Shown: piece after piece, positions 1 through 12,064 of the stretch | Position numbering within the stretch: position 1 is the first letter of the stretch | How the letters are laid out: each line of letters opens with the position of its first letter | DNA from: an uncultured Acidobacteriota bacterium | GTDB taxonomy: Bacteria > Acidobacteriota > UBA6911 | Direction of reading: 5' to 3' | Assembly: GCA_964481255.1 (NCBI GenBank) | Contig: CAYZTZ010000003.1 | Location: 1,174-65,173 of the forward strand | DNA length: 64,000 bases | The notes under the pieces: generated by a model | The model's input: the letters and a program-made list of their open reading frames with translations, nothing else | Databases searched by the model: none | What the model was told of the DNA's origin: nothing | Made by a program: the position numbers and the translations under genes

Positions 1-1
1 C

Positions 2-1099
2 GGAATCGCCGTGGATCCGGATTTCATCAACCGGCAGCTCCGGCGCAGGCGGCTCGGCCACGGGCGGGGGCCGCGCATGGAGATCGAGCAGGATGAAATT
101 GAAATCCTTTCCGGCGTGCGGCACGGCGAGACTCTGGGGAGCCCCGTTTCCTTCATGATCCCCAACAGGGACTTTGATTCCTGGAAAACCGTCATGTCGG
201 TGGAACGCGAGCCCGAAGGACCCGATGCAAGGGTTGTGACGCGTCCGCGCCCCGGCCACGCGGACCTGGCGGGAGCCCTGAAATACCAGACCCATGACAT
301 ACGGGACGTTCTCGAGAGGGCCAGCGCCCGCGAGACGGCCGCGCGCGTCGCCGCAGGGGCGTTCTGCCGCCTTTTTCTGGCCCGTTTCGGCGTTCGCGTC
401 GGGAGCCATGTCCTGGCGATCGGCGAAGAACGGGTATCGCCCGGATGGGACGCGCCCGACAGCGAGACGGTCTTCGCGATGGCCGATTCGCCCATGCCGT
501 GCGCCGATCCCGAGGCGGCGAAGCGGATGACGGCCGCCATCGACAGGGCGTCGAATCTCGGGGACACTCTCGGCGGCGCCGTCGAGGTTGTGGCGGCTTG
601 CGTCCCGCCCGGTCTCGGCTCCTACGTCCAGTGGGACCGGCGCCTGGACGGAAGGATCGCGCAGGCCCTCCTCAGCATTCCGTCGGCCAAGGCGGTCGAG
701 ATCGGGGAAGGCATCGGCGGGTCGCAGAAGCCGGGCTCCGCCGTGCACGATGAAATTTTCTACAATCCGGAAACCAGGCGTTTCCTGCGCCGCACCAACA
801 GGGCGGGCGGGCTGGAAGGCGGCGTCAGCAACGGTTCCGATATCCGGGCGCGAGTCTTTTTCAAGCCGATTCCGACGCTGCGGCGTCCCCTCGGCTCCGT
901 CGATGTCGTTTCCAAGAAGCCTTTTGAGGCTTCGGTCGAACGGGGAGACGTCTGCGTGGTGCCGGCCGCGGGCGTGATCGCGGAGGCGATGCTCGGCATC
1001 GTTCTGGCCGACGCGTTTCTGGAGAAATTCGGAGGAGACTCCGTTGAGGAAACGGCGGCGAATTATTCAAGCTACATGCGTCTGCTCGACGCCTATTGA
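2..1099 (+). CDS. aroC: chorismate synthase, 5' end cut by the window edge
   Basis: Frame is open from nt 2. Translation (RRRLGHGRGPRM, EILSGVRHGETLGSPV, RPGHADLAG) matches the chorismate synthase family. The usual N-terminal ~30 aa are missing. Confidence 0.9.
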   Translation, partial: GIAVDPDFINRQLRRRRLGHGRGPRMEIEQDEIEILSGVRHGETLGSPVSFMIPNRDFDSWKTVMSVEREPEGPDARVVTRPRPGHADLAGALKYQTHDIRDVLERASARETAARVAAGAFCRLFLARFGVRVGSHVLAIGEERVSPGWDAPDSETVFAMADSPMPCADPEAAKRMTAAIDRASNLGDTLGGAVEVVAACVPPGLGSYVQWDRRLDGRIAQALLSIPSAKAVEIGEGIGGSQKPGSAVHDEIFYNPETRRFLRRTNRAGGLEGGVSNGSDIRARVFFKPIPTLRRPLGSVDVVSKKPFEASVERGDVCVVPAAGVIAEAMLGIVLADAFLEKFGGDSVEETAANYSSYMRLLDAY

Positions 1100-1183
1100 G
1101 GCCTTTTTATTTTCCGGGCTGTGCGGCGGCATCCCGAAGCGGTCCTTTACAGCAGGCGGCAACTCCATTAATATTTGAATGTC

Positions 1184-1693
1184 ATGATACTCCCGGTATT
1201 GAAGTACGGGGCGCCGGAACTGCGGGCCGTCAGCAGGGAAGTCGACTGTTTCGACGGGGAGCTTCAGAAGATCGCCCGAAACATGATCGAGACCATGTAC
1301 AGTTCGCCGGGTATCGGCCTGGCGGCTCCGCAAGTCGGGATCAACATCCGGCTCACGACCGTCGACCTTTCGGTCGGCGAGGACCCCGACAAGCGGATCA
1401 TTCTCTGCAACCCGGAGATCGTTTATGCAGAAGGGGAACAGAAGTGCGAGGAAGGCTGCCTGAGCATCCCCGATTTCAGCGAAGTCGTGACGCGGCCCCT
1501 GAAAATGGTCGTCCGCGGGCAAAACGAACATGGGGACGAGATACGGCTGGAGGCCGAGGGGCTGCTCGCGCGCTGCCTCAGCCACGAGATTGATCATTTG
1601 AACGGAGTCCTTTTCATCGACCACCTCAGCTCGCTGAAGCGGAGCCTCATCAAGAACAGAATCAAGAAGCTTGCCAAAGCCGGGGAATGGTAA
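1184..1693 (+). CDS. def: peptide deformylase
   Basis: Motifs GIGLAAPQ, EGCLSIP and HEIDHLNG are present. ATG at 1184 gives MILPVLKYG, typical of Def. The track ORF starts at a TTG at 1175. Confidence 0.9.
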   Translation: MILPVLKYGAPELRAVSREVDCFDGELQKIARNMIETMYSSPGIGLAAPQVGINIRLTTVDLSVGEDPDKRIILCNPEIVYAEGEQKCEEGCLSIPDFSEVVTRPLKMVVRGQNEHGDEIRLEAEGLLARCLSHEIDHLNGVLFIDHLSSLKRSLIKNRIKKLAKAGEW

Positions 1694-1696
1694 GTC

Positions 1697-2635
1697 ATGC
1701 GCGTCGTTTTCCTGGGCACCCCGGATTTCGCCGTTCCGGCCCTTCAGGCGCTCCTCGACCACTCCTACGACGTCCGCGGCGTATTCACGCAGCCGGACCG
1801 CCCTTCAGGGCGGGGTCAAAAGCTGCAGTCAAGCCCGATCAAAATCCTGGCGCTGAAACAGGGCATCCCTGTGTTTCAACCCGAAAGAATCCGCGACGAG
1901 GCAAACAGGACCGTCCTGGAGGACCTGCGTCCCGATTTCATCGTGACCGTGGCATACGGGCAGATTCTTCCGGGGTGGGTCCTGCGTTCGGCCGCGATCG
2001 CCCCGGTGAATATCCACGCCTCGCTTCTGCCCAGGTACCGCGGCGCGGCGCCCATCCCATGGGCGATTCTCAACGGAGACGCCGTCACGGGCGTCACCAC
2101 CATGATCATGGAAGAAACTCTGGATTCAGGCCCGATTCTGCTGCAGGAGGAAATCCCCATCCCTCCCGACAAGACGGCGGGCGAACTGGCCGGCGAGCTC
2201 TCGGTCTTGGGCGCGCGCCTGCTGATCCGGACGCTGGAGGGCCTGCAAAAAGGACAGATTCAGCCGGCCGTTCAGGACGAAAGCAAGGCCTCCTGGGCCC
2301 CGCGCATCACCAAGGAAATGGGCCGTATTTCCTGGGACGGCCGCGCCCGCGACATTCACAACCGGGTCCGCGCCATGAACCCGCGGCCGGTCGCTTTCAC
2401 GCTCTTCCGCGGCAGTCCTCTGCAGATCTGGCGCAGTCTCGCTGAAACGCATCCTTCGGAGGCCGGCGAGGAGCCCGGGACGGTGCTGGGAGTGTCGGGC
2501 AAAGGACTGCGCGTCCAGTGCGCAGATAAAACGGTCCTGAGCATACTGGAAGCGCAGATGCCGGGGAAAAGCCGCGTGACGGGACGCGAGTTCGCCAGCG
2601 GGGCCCGTTTGCGGCCAGGCGACCGGATCGAATAG
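1697..2635 (+). CDS. fmt: methionyl-tRNA formyltransferase
   Basis: MRVVFLGTPDFAVPAL, HASLLPRYRGAAPI. Starts 4 nt after def, the conserved def-fmt pair. Confidence 0.92.
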   Translation: MRVVFLGTPDFAVPALQALLDHSYDVRGVFTQPDRPSGRGQKLQSSPIKILALKQGIPVFQPERIRDEANRTVLEDLRPDFIVTVAYGQILPGWVLRSAAIAPVNIHASLLPRYRGAAPIPWAILNGDAVTGVTTMIMEETLDSGPILLQEEIPIPPDKTAGELAGELSVLGARLLIRTLEGLQKGQIQPAVQDESKASWAPRITKEMGRISWDGRARDIHNRVRAMNPRPVAFTLFRGSPLQIWRSLAETHPSEAGEEPGTVLGVSGKGLRVQCADKTVLSILEAQMPGKSRVTGREFASGARLRPGDRIE

Positions 2636-2677
2636 AACGAACGTCGTCCAAACCGGCGAGTCCAACAGGGAACGCTG

Positions 2678-3973
2678 ATGATATCCCCCGCCCGGGCAAC
2701 AGCCTATGATTTGCTGCGCCGGATTGAGGCGCGGCGCATTTTCAGCGACGACGCGCTCCATTCGGAGGCGATCAGGCGTCTGGACGAGCGGGACAGGCGT
2801 CTGGTGACGGAAATCGTTTACGGTTCGCTGCGTTGGAGGGGATTGCTCGATGACGCGCTGGCGGCGGCGAGCGACCGTCCATGGCGGAAGGTCTCCCCGG
2901 GAATCCGGACGCTGCTCCGGATGAGCCTGTACCAGATGTGGTTTATGGACCGTGTTCCGGATCACGCCCTGGTGAATGACGCGGCGGAGTTGGCCAAGAC
3001 AGGGTTGGGTAGAGGCGTGCCGGGCTATGTGAACGCCGTCCTGCGGCGTCTGGCCCGCGAGCGCCCCTGGACCCGGGACGCGCTCAGGCAAAAAGCCCCT
3101 CCCTGGGTTCGCGTGTCTCTCCCCAGGTGGCTCTGGGAGCGATGGGCGGCGCGCTACGGAGAAGAGAGGGCGGAGAAGTTCGCCCTTTCGCTGAACCGCC
3201 CGCCGCGTCCATCGGCGAGGCGTGGCGCTGAAGGGGAGCGGCTTCCTGCAGGGGCCTCGGTTTCGGATCTGGTGCCGGGCACTTATTTTTTGGACACCGT
3301 CGATGCTGAAGCCGAGGGGTCCGGCACGGAATTTATTCAGTATCAGGACGAGGCTTCCCAGCTGATACCCCATCTGCTGGGACCGATAAAAGGGTGGAAA
3401 ATCTGGGATGCCTGCGCCGCGCCCGGCGGGAAAGCGGTCATCCTGCGCCGCGAATGCGGTGAAACGGGACGCGTGATCGCGGTCGACTGCAGCGTCGAAC
3501 GAATCCTGCGCATGGCCCGGCTTGTGCGCGTCGAATGGGGCGCGCCCCTTGATGTTGTCGCAGCCGATGCCCGGCGGCCGGCTCCCTTCAACGTGCGGTT
3601 CGACGCCGTGCTTGCCGACGTCCCGTGCTCGGGGCTGGGGACCCTGCGGCGGAATCCGGAGATAAAATGGCGTTTTCGGCCGGAGGAATTCGCTCGCCTG
3701 GCAGAAAGCCAGAAAGGCATCCTTCGTTCCGTTGCCGAGTCGGTCCGGGTCGGGGGGTATCTGCTGTACTCGACCTGTTCCACGGAGCCTGAGGAAAATG
3801 AGCGCGTGGTCGAAGACTTTCTAAGCGGGCGCTCCGATTTCCGCCTGCAGCGTCCGCTTTACCCGCGCGGGATTGAGGCGTGGACCGGGCCGGACGGCAT
3901 GGTGCGCACCTTCCCGTCCGAGCGGCTGTGGGACGGCATGTTTGCAGCCCTTCTCGTCCGGCACAGGGAATGA
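2678..3973 (+). CDS. rsmB: 16S rRNA (cytosine967-C5)-methyltransferase (RsmB/Sun family)
   Basis: N-terminal NusB-like region plus SAM-MTase motifs (DACAAPGGK, DAVLADVPCSGLGTLRRNP, YSTCS). Sits in the conserved fmt-rsmB position. Confidence 0.85.
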   Translation: MISPARATAYDLLRRIEARRIFSDDALHSEAIRRLDERDRRLVTEIVYGSLRWRGLLDDALAAASDRPWRKVSPGIRTLLRMSLYQMWFMDRVPDHALVNDAAELAKTGLGRGVPGYVNAVLRRLARERPWTRDALRQKAPPWVRVSLPRWLWERWAARYGEERAEKFALSLNRPPRPSARRGAEGERLPAGASVSDLVPGTYFLDTVDAEAEGSGTEFIQYQDEASQLIPHLLGPIKGWKIWDACAAPGGKAVILRRECGETGRVIAVDCSVERILRMARLVRVEWGAPLDVVAADARRPAPFNVRFDAVLADVPCSGLGTLRRNPEIKWRFRPEEFARLAESQKGILRSVAESVRVGGYLLYSTCSTEPEENERVVEDFLSGRSDFRLQRPLYPRGIEAWTGPDGMVRTFPSERLWDGMFAALLVRHRE

Positions 3974-4043
3974 TCGTCCGGGCACCCGCGCCGACACGGC
4001 ATCTGGGAAATCAGGGCGATCTGTGGTACCCTTCACCCGATCC

Positions 4044-4778
4044 ATGGCGGATACCGGAAGGCGGGACTGGAAATTGAAACGGATCATAGAGATTGCGCCC
4101 TCGATACTGGCGGCGGACTTCATGAGGCTGGGCCGTGAAATCATGGATGTGGAACACGCCGGCGCCGGTTTGATTCACCTGGACGTAATGGACGGCCACT
4201 TTGTGCCCAACATAACGTTCGGCCCTCCCGTCGTCGCGTCGATCGGAAAAGACACTCTGCTGCCGCTGGACGTGCACCTGATGATAGAGAACCCGGCACG
4301 CTATCTCGATGACTTCATCGGCGCCGGGGCGCGAATGCTTTCGGTTCATGTCGAGGCCGATGCCCATTTGGACCGAACTTTGAATTACATCCGGAGCCGG
4401 GGAGTCCGTCCGGGAATCGCCGTCAATCCGGGCACGCCGCTGGGCCTTCTCGAAGAAGTCCTGCACCTGGCGGATTTCGTCCTGCTCATGACGGTCAATC
4501 CCGGCTTCGGCGGCCAGGCCTTTATTCCTTCTTCATTGAAAAAGATAAAAAAGCTGAAACAGCTTATCGCGTCCGAGAACCTTCCGTGCAGGATCGAGGT
4601 CGACGGGGGCATCGGGCCGGACAATCTGGGCGATGTGCTGAAGGCAGGCGCGGAAATCATCGTGGCCGGTTCGGCCGTTTTCCGCAGTCCGAAGGGCCCC
4701 GCCAGAGCCTTTCGTGAAATGAACAGGATCGCCGAGCGGCACTCGCAGAGCCTTGAAAAAGGCCGGACCGCCCCGTGA
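4044..4778 (+). CDS. rpe: ribulose-phosphate 3-epimerase
   Basis: IAPSILAADF, HLDVMDGHFVPN, MTVNPGFGGQ. Start placed at ATG 4044 because the upstream part of the track ORF is Arg/Pro-rich junk overlapping rsmB. Confidence 0.9.
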   Translation: MADTGRRDWKLKRIIEIAPSILAADFMRLGREIMDVEHAGAGLIHLDVMDGHFVPNITFGPPVVASIGKDTLLPLDVHLMIENPARYLDDFIGAGARMLSVHVEADAHLDRTLNYIRSRGVRPGIAVNPGTPLGLLEEVLHLADFVLLMTVNPGFGGQAFIPSSLKKIKKLKQLIASENLPCRIEVDGGIGPDNLGDVLKAGAEIIVAGSAVFRSPKGPARAFREMNRIAERHSQSLEKGRTAP

Positions 4779-4825
4779 TCCGTTTTCAGACGGCTTCCAA
4801 CGAGTTACGGGAGGCAACAAAGACA

Positions 4826-5986
4826 ATGGGACTTGTGAAACGCTGCTGCATGATTTGCATCCTGCTGATCCTCACCTGGGGATGCGGTCAAAAGAGCGCG
4901 AAACTCCAGAAGAGCGTCGTCCCGCCCGACAAGACGCTTTTTGAGACGGGGACGGAATATCTGGAAAAGAGCCAGTACATCAAGGCGCGCCTGGCGTTCC
5001 AGACGCTGATCAACACCTACCCCGACAGCGAGATGGCGGCCGAATCCTATATGGCCATCGGCGATTCCTTCTACGAGGAGGGAGGGACCGAAAACCTGCT
5101 GCAGGCGGAGGATCAGTACACCAACTTCATCGTTTTTTTCCCGGCGCATCCCAAGGCCCCCGACGCGCAGATGAAGATCATCGCGGCGAACATGAAGATG
5201 ATGCGTTCTCCGGACCGCGATCAGAAATACACCTATAAGGCGGAGCGCGCCATCAAGAAAATGATGGAGCAGTTCCCCGACAGCGATTACGTCCCCATCG
5301 CCAGGCGCTTCCTCGACGAGGTGCAGGAGGTTCTCGCCAAGGGGGATCTCGGAGTCGGCGAGTTTTACCTCGACCGGCGGAATTATGCGGGGGCGGTCGG
5401 GCGTTTCCGGGAGATCATGGACAAATACCCGAATTTCTCCGGCATGGATGAGATCTATTTCCTTATGGGCGACGTACTGGAGAAAAGCAACAATCCCGAC
5501 GAGGCGGCCATCTATTACGGGAAAATCGCGCAGGGCTACCCCTTCAGCAAGCGGTTCGAGGAGGCCAAGAAGCATCTGAATCTTCTGGGCAAACCGGTCC
5601 CTCCGGTCGATACGCAACTTGCGGTGCAGAATAAGGCGAGGCTGAAGCCCGAGGAGGGCTTTTCGCCCCTGAAACCTCTGATCGAGTTCACCAAGGCGCT
5701 CGGGTTCATCGGACCGCCGGACCGTTTTGAGATGGCGAAAAAGACTCTGGAAGCGGAAAAGGCCAAACAACCCGAGGCTGAGATTGCCGGAACAAGACCG
5801 CCCGCAGGCGCCGGCGACGGCATTCAGATTGAGACCGTGCTGCGGAAAACGGCGTCGGGAGAAGTGGAAGATATCACCGTTTTGGGATCAGGCTCCGGTC
5901 AAACTGCCAACGGGCAGTCTGCGGACGACAAGAAAAAGGAGAGCGCCAAGAGAAAGAGAAAAGGCGCCGCCAAAAAACCTTCGTGA
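4826..5986 (+). CDS. bamD: BamD/YfiO-like TPR outer-membrane lipoprotein with a Lys-rich C-terminal tail
   Basis: Signal peptide MGLVKRCCMICILLILTWGC with a lipobox-like Cys, then TPR-like repeats typical of BamD. A GTGA-coupled alternative start lies at 4775. Confidence 0.7.
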   Translation: MGLVKRCCMICILLILTWGCGQKSAKLQKSVVPPDKTLFETGTEYLEKSQYIKARLAFQTLINTYPDSEMAAESYMAIGDSFYEEGGTENLLQAEDQYTNFIVFFPAHPKAPDAQMKIIAANMKMMRSPDRDQKYTYKAERAIKKMMEQFPDSDYVPIARRFLDEVQEVLAKGDLGVGEFYLDRRNYAGAVGRFREIMDKYPNFSGMDEIYFLMGDVLEKSNNPDEAAIYYGKIAQGYPFSKRFEEAKKHLNLLGKPVPPVDTQLAVQNKARLKPEEGFSPLKPLIEFTKALGFIGPPDRFEMAKKTLEAEKAKQPEAEIAGTRPPAGAGDGIQIETVLRKTASGEVEDITVLGSGSGQTANGQSADDKKKESAKRKRKGAAKKPS

Positions 5987-5993
5987 GTTCCCC

Positions 5994-6770
5994 ATGGCCC
6001 TGAAAATATTCGTAGCGGACGACAGCGTCACCATCCAAAGAATAGTATCCCTGGCCTTCAGCGCGGAAGACGCCGTGGTCGATGCGGCCACGGACGGCGA
6101 GTCCGCCCTGGACGCGATTCGCGCCCTCCGGCCGGACATCGTCCTGGCCGACGTCTGCATGCCCGGACGCAATGGATATGAACTCTGCGCCGCGGTCAAG
6201 CAGGATCCCGGCCTGGCGGGCACGCCGGTCGTGCTGCTGGTCGGGGTTTTCGAGCCCTACGATGAGGCCGAAGCGGCACGGGTGCGCAGCGACGGCCGTC
6301 TCACAAAGCCCTTTGACACGGAAGAGCTTATTCAGACGGTGCACGCGCTCGCGGCCGGCGGCGGTGCAGGCACGGATGTCGAAGCGGAGACCGGAGCCGC
6401 AGCCGAGGAACAAACGCCGCAAGCAGGCCCGAGGTTCGCCAGGGGATTCGCGACCGAACGCATGTGGAATTCCTTTACGGGACCCGGCCGCATTCTGGAC
6501 CTGCTCGATGTCGAGGATGAACCATGGGCGGGCGCCGCGCCGGAGGCCGCGCGGGAAACGGTTTCCTGCGGGAGCTCTCCAGAGGCCGAAGGGCGCCGGG
6601 GACAGGGCGCCGCGGGCGCGCCGATTCCCGAGGATGTGCTCGACGCCATTGTGGACAGGGTCGTGAGGCGGATGTCCGCGGACGTCGTGCGCGAGGTGGC
6701 CTGGGAAGTGGTCCCGGAGCTTTCCGAGATTATCATTCGCCGCACGCTCGAGGAACAGAAGAAATCCTGA
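5994..6770 (+). CDS. CheY-like receiver-domain response regulator with a non-DNA-binding C-terminal extension
   Basis: MALKIFVADDS...DIVLADVCMPGRNGYEL...TKPF is a receiver domain. It is followed by an Ala/Glu/Gly low-complexity linker and a terminal helix, VVREVAWEVVPELSEIIIRRTLEE. Start is 8 nt after the bamD-like stop. Confidence 0.75.
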   Translation: MALKIFVADDSVTIQRIVSLAFSAEDAVVDAATDGESALDAIRALRPDIVLADVCMPGRNGYELCAAVKQDPGLAGTPVVLLVGVFEPYDEAEAARVRSDGRLTKPFDTEELIQTVHALAAGGGAGTDVEAETGAAAEEQTPQAGPRFARGFATERMWNSFTGPGRILDLLDVEDEPWAGAAPEAARETVSCGSSPEAEGRRGQGAAGAPIPEDVLDAIVDRVVRRMSADVVREVAWEVVPELSEIIIRRTLEEQKKS

Positions 6771-7032
6771 CAGCGTTCCCCCCTTCACCCTGCCTATCCG
6801 GCGATCCCTCCCGATCAATCCCCGGTGGAAGGCCTTCCGCTCCGCCGCGGGCAGACTGGACTCGGCGCGGCGAATTGAATAGAATGACGATTTTTGTCGC
6901 CGGGAAGGCGTCCTGCAAGGCCCTGCGGCCTTTCAGTGCAAACCGCAAAGACCTCCAAAGCCTCCGGGAGAGGGAGACGCCTGGCGGTCTTCGAGGTCAC
7001 AGTGGACGATGAACGCTGATGAATGAGGTTTT

Positions 7033-9708
<2,676 letters not shown>

Positions 9709-9709
9709 A

Positions 9710-10696
9710 ATGTCCGTCCTTAAACATCCGAGCCTGCTCATCGATCTGGGCCGCGCGGGAGAAAACGGCCTGCCGTGGAGCAACGACCCGACGCTTCAGG
9801 TGGAAGCCGAGATCTGCAGGCGATGGGGCTTCCGGCTCAATGCCGCCGGGGGCAGGGTCCGCCTCGACTTCGATCAGGAACAGCTGGTGCCCGAGTGGAT
9901 CCGGATGGAGGCTCCGGATCTTGCAGGGGAGCGGCTTTGCGTGGAGGGTTTTCTGCGCCTGGACTCCACCAACGAGGAAGCCCTCCGGCAGGCGCGACAG
10001 GGCGCGCCTGCGGGCACCCTGATTGTCGCGGAAGAACAGACGGCGGGGAGGGGAAGAAAGGGACGGGTCTGGCATTCCCCGGCCGGGGCGGGGCTGTATT
10101 TCAGTCTGATCCTGCGGCCCGGGAAACCGCGCCGTGCCTGGCCCCTGCTGACCCACGCCGCCTCGGTCGCCCTGGCGGAGACGCTCGGGGGGCTTTCGGC
10201 CGGGCTCCCTGTGCGTCGGCCGCTTGAGGTCGATCTCAAATGGCCCAATGACGTGCTCCTCTCGGGCCGGAAATGCGCAGGGATACTGCTGGAGACGGGG
10301 CGGGTGGACGACATGCGGCCGGCGGCCGTGGTGGGCGTCGGGGTGAACGTTCACGCGGGAAGCGTTCCATCCATGTCGGCGCGCGAGGCGGCATGCCTTG
10401 ACGAGATGGCGGAGGCTGCCATACCCCGCCGCAGGGTGCTGGTCGGCTTTCTGCGGCGTTTCGATCACTGGTATGGGATTTTCGAGTGCGGAAACCACCG
10501 GGAACTGCTGGCCCGCTGGAAAAGCCTATGCTCCATGTGGGACGGGACGCCGGTCTGGATCATGGAGGGCGCAAAGCGGCGGGCTGTTGTGACGTGCGGG
10601 CTCGACGATAACGGAGCGCTCATGGTGCGCACGGCGGAAGGGAAAGTGGAGACGGTTCTGGCCGGCGATATCCGCTTGAGGCGGGCGGCGGAGTAA
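9710..10696 (+). CDS. birA: biotin--[acetyl-CoA-carboxylase] ligase
   Basis: GRGRKGRVWHSPAGAGLYFSLILRP and KWPNDVLLSGRKCAGILLE motifs. ATG at 9710 lies 2 nt after the valS stop. Confidence 0.85.
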   Translation: MSVLKHPSLLIDLGRAGENGLPWSNDPTLQVEAEICRRWGFRLNAAGGRVRLDFDQEQLVPEWIRMEAPDLAGERLCVEGFLRLDSTNEEALRQARQGAPAGTLIVAEEQTAGRGRKGRVWHSPAGAGLYFSLILRPGKPRRAWPLLTHAASVALAETLGGLSAGLPVRRPLEVDLKWPNDVLLSGRKCAGILLETGRVDDMRPAAVVGVGVNVHAGSVPSMSAREAACLDEMAEAAIPRRRVLVGFLRRFDHWYGIFECGNHRELLARWKSLCSMWDGTPVWIMEGAKRRAVVTCGLDDNGALMVRTAEGKVETVLAGDIRLRRAAE

Positions 10697-10751
10697 CCCG
10701 TCGGCGGATTCCCGTATCGATGCGCAGGCATGGCTGCGGACTGTGGGCAGA

Positions 10752-10900
10752 CCGTTACTTGATGCGTAACGGGAATTTTGTTCCCGTTTTGGAAGCATGA
10801 AGGCCGGATGCAATCCGGCTTGCGGCTTCTCAAATCCCCGCGCGCGGGATAATGTCCGGAACTCCATCGCCCGGTCGGGCGCGCGGAGATTTCTGAAGCC
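10752..10900 (+). repeat. copy A of a ~150-nt multi-hairpin intergenic repeat element
   Basis: Hand alignment to the reverse complement of 29165-29310 gives roughly 85-90% identity over the first ~104 nt. Four hairpins: 10752-10772, 10768-10788, 10803-10819, and 22-nt arms at 10824-10845/10879-10900. Confidence 0.7.
10768..10792 (+). terminator. putative intrinsic terminator downstream of birA, embedded in repeat copy A
   Basis: AACGGGAA-ttttg-TTCCCGTT followed by TTGG: an 8-bp stem whose 3' side runs into a U-run. Confidence 0.4.
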
Positions 10901-10972
10901 CCTTGATCGGCATTCATCGGCGGGAGGAAGCTCCCGCGCTCCAGGCCGCCTTCCGCGGCGAAAGGAGACGGC

Positions 10973-11935
10973 ATGTTTTTTAAAAAATCCCAGGACGATC
11001 CGCCGGAGAAAAAGGCGGGGCTGTTCGCCAGGATGAAAAAGGCCCTGGGGGCCACCAGGGAAAACCTTGTCGGCAGGATCGAAGCTGTCCTGCATTCGCG
11101 GCCGGAAATCGACGAGACGGTGCTGGACGAGCTGGAGGGCACTCTTCTCGGAGCGGACCTGGGCGTGCGCGTCACCGAAAGGATCATGGGCGCAGTCCGG
11201 GAGCAAAGGAAGAATCAGGTGATCCGGACCGCGGAGGACGCGAAGGGCGAGATCCGCAGACAGCTCCTGTCGATTTTGGACTCTTCCGCCGCCGGCGCGT
11301 CTGCGCCGTCGGACAGCAGGCCGCAGGTTTGGATGGTCGTGGGCGTCAACGGGACCGGGAAAACGACCACCATCGGCAAACTGGCCGCGCGTCTTTCCGG
11401 GCAGGGGAAGAAGGTCCTCATCTGCGCGGCGGACACCTTCCGGCCCGCCGCAATTGAACAGCTCGCCGTGTGGGCGCAGCGTTCGGGGGCGGACCTGATC
11501 AAGAGCAGGGCGGGCGCCGACCCCTCCTCGGTGCTGCACGACGCGCTCTCGGCAGCGGTGGCGCGCGGAGACGACGTGGCCATCATCGACACCGCAGGGC
11601 GTCTCCACACCAAGAGCAACCTCATGCAGGAACTGGAGAAAATGCGCCGGGTCGCCGCGCGCAAAGTCCCCGGCGCGCCGCACGAGGTCTTCCTCGTGGT
11701 GGACGCGACAACAGGGCAGAACGGTCTGACTCAGGCTGAAGAATTCAAGAAGTTTACCGGCATAACGGGACTGATCGTCACCAAGCTGGACGGGACGGCG
11801 AAGGGAGGCATTCTCTTCAGCATCTGCCAGGACCTTGCAATCCCGGTGCGGTTCATCGGGGTGGGGGAGACCCTGGAGGATCTTTTGGAGTTTTCGCCGG
11901 AAGGCTTCGTGGAGACGCTTTTCGAAAAGCCCTGA
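10973..11935 (+). CDS. ftsY: signal recognition particle receptor FtsY
   Basis: GVNGTGKTTTIGKLA, DTAGRLH and TKLDGTAKGG are SRP-GTPase motifs. Confidence 0.92.
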   Translation: MFFKKSQDDPPEKKAGLFARMKKALGATRENLVGRIEAVLHSRPEIDETVLDELEGTLLGADLGVRVTERIMGAVREQRKNQVIRTAEDAKGEIRRQLLSILDSSAAGASAPSDSRPQVWMVVGVNGTGKTTTIGKLAARLSGQGKKVLICAADTFRPAAIEQLAVWAQRSGADLIKSRAGADPSSVLHDALSAAVARGDDVAIIDTAGRLHTKSNLMQELEKMRRVAARKVPGAPHEVFLVVDATTGQNGLTQAEEFKKFTGITGLIVTKLDGTAKGGILFSICQDLAIPVRFIGVGETLEDLLEFSPEGFVETLFEKP

Positions 11936-11972
11936 AGCGATCGGGGAGAAATAACCGGCCGGGGGGCTTTGA

Positions 11973-12012
11973 AAGCGGGCCGCGGAGGCCTCCGCAATTC
12001 GGCCGCCCGCTT
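11973..12012. terminator. nested GC-rich hairpin in the ftsY/crp convergent gap; possible bidirectional terminator
   Basis: AAGCGGGC (11973-11980) pairs with GCCCGCTT (12005-12012). It encloses the GCGGAGG/CCTCCGC palindrome. The U-tract is weak. Confidence 0.3.
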
Positions 12013-12064
12013 CTTAGCCCCCATGAGGAGATCCTACGGAAGCTCGATCGTCGTCTTTCTCATG

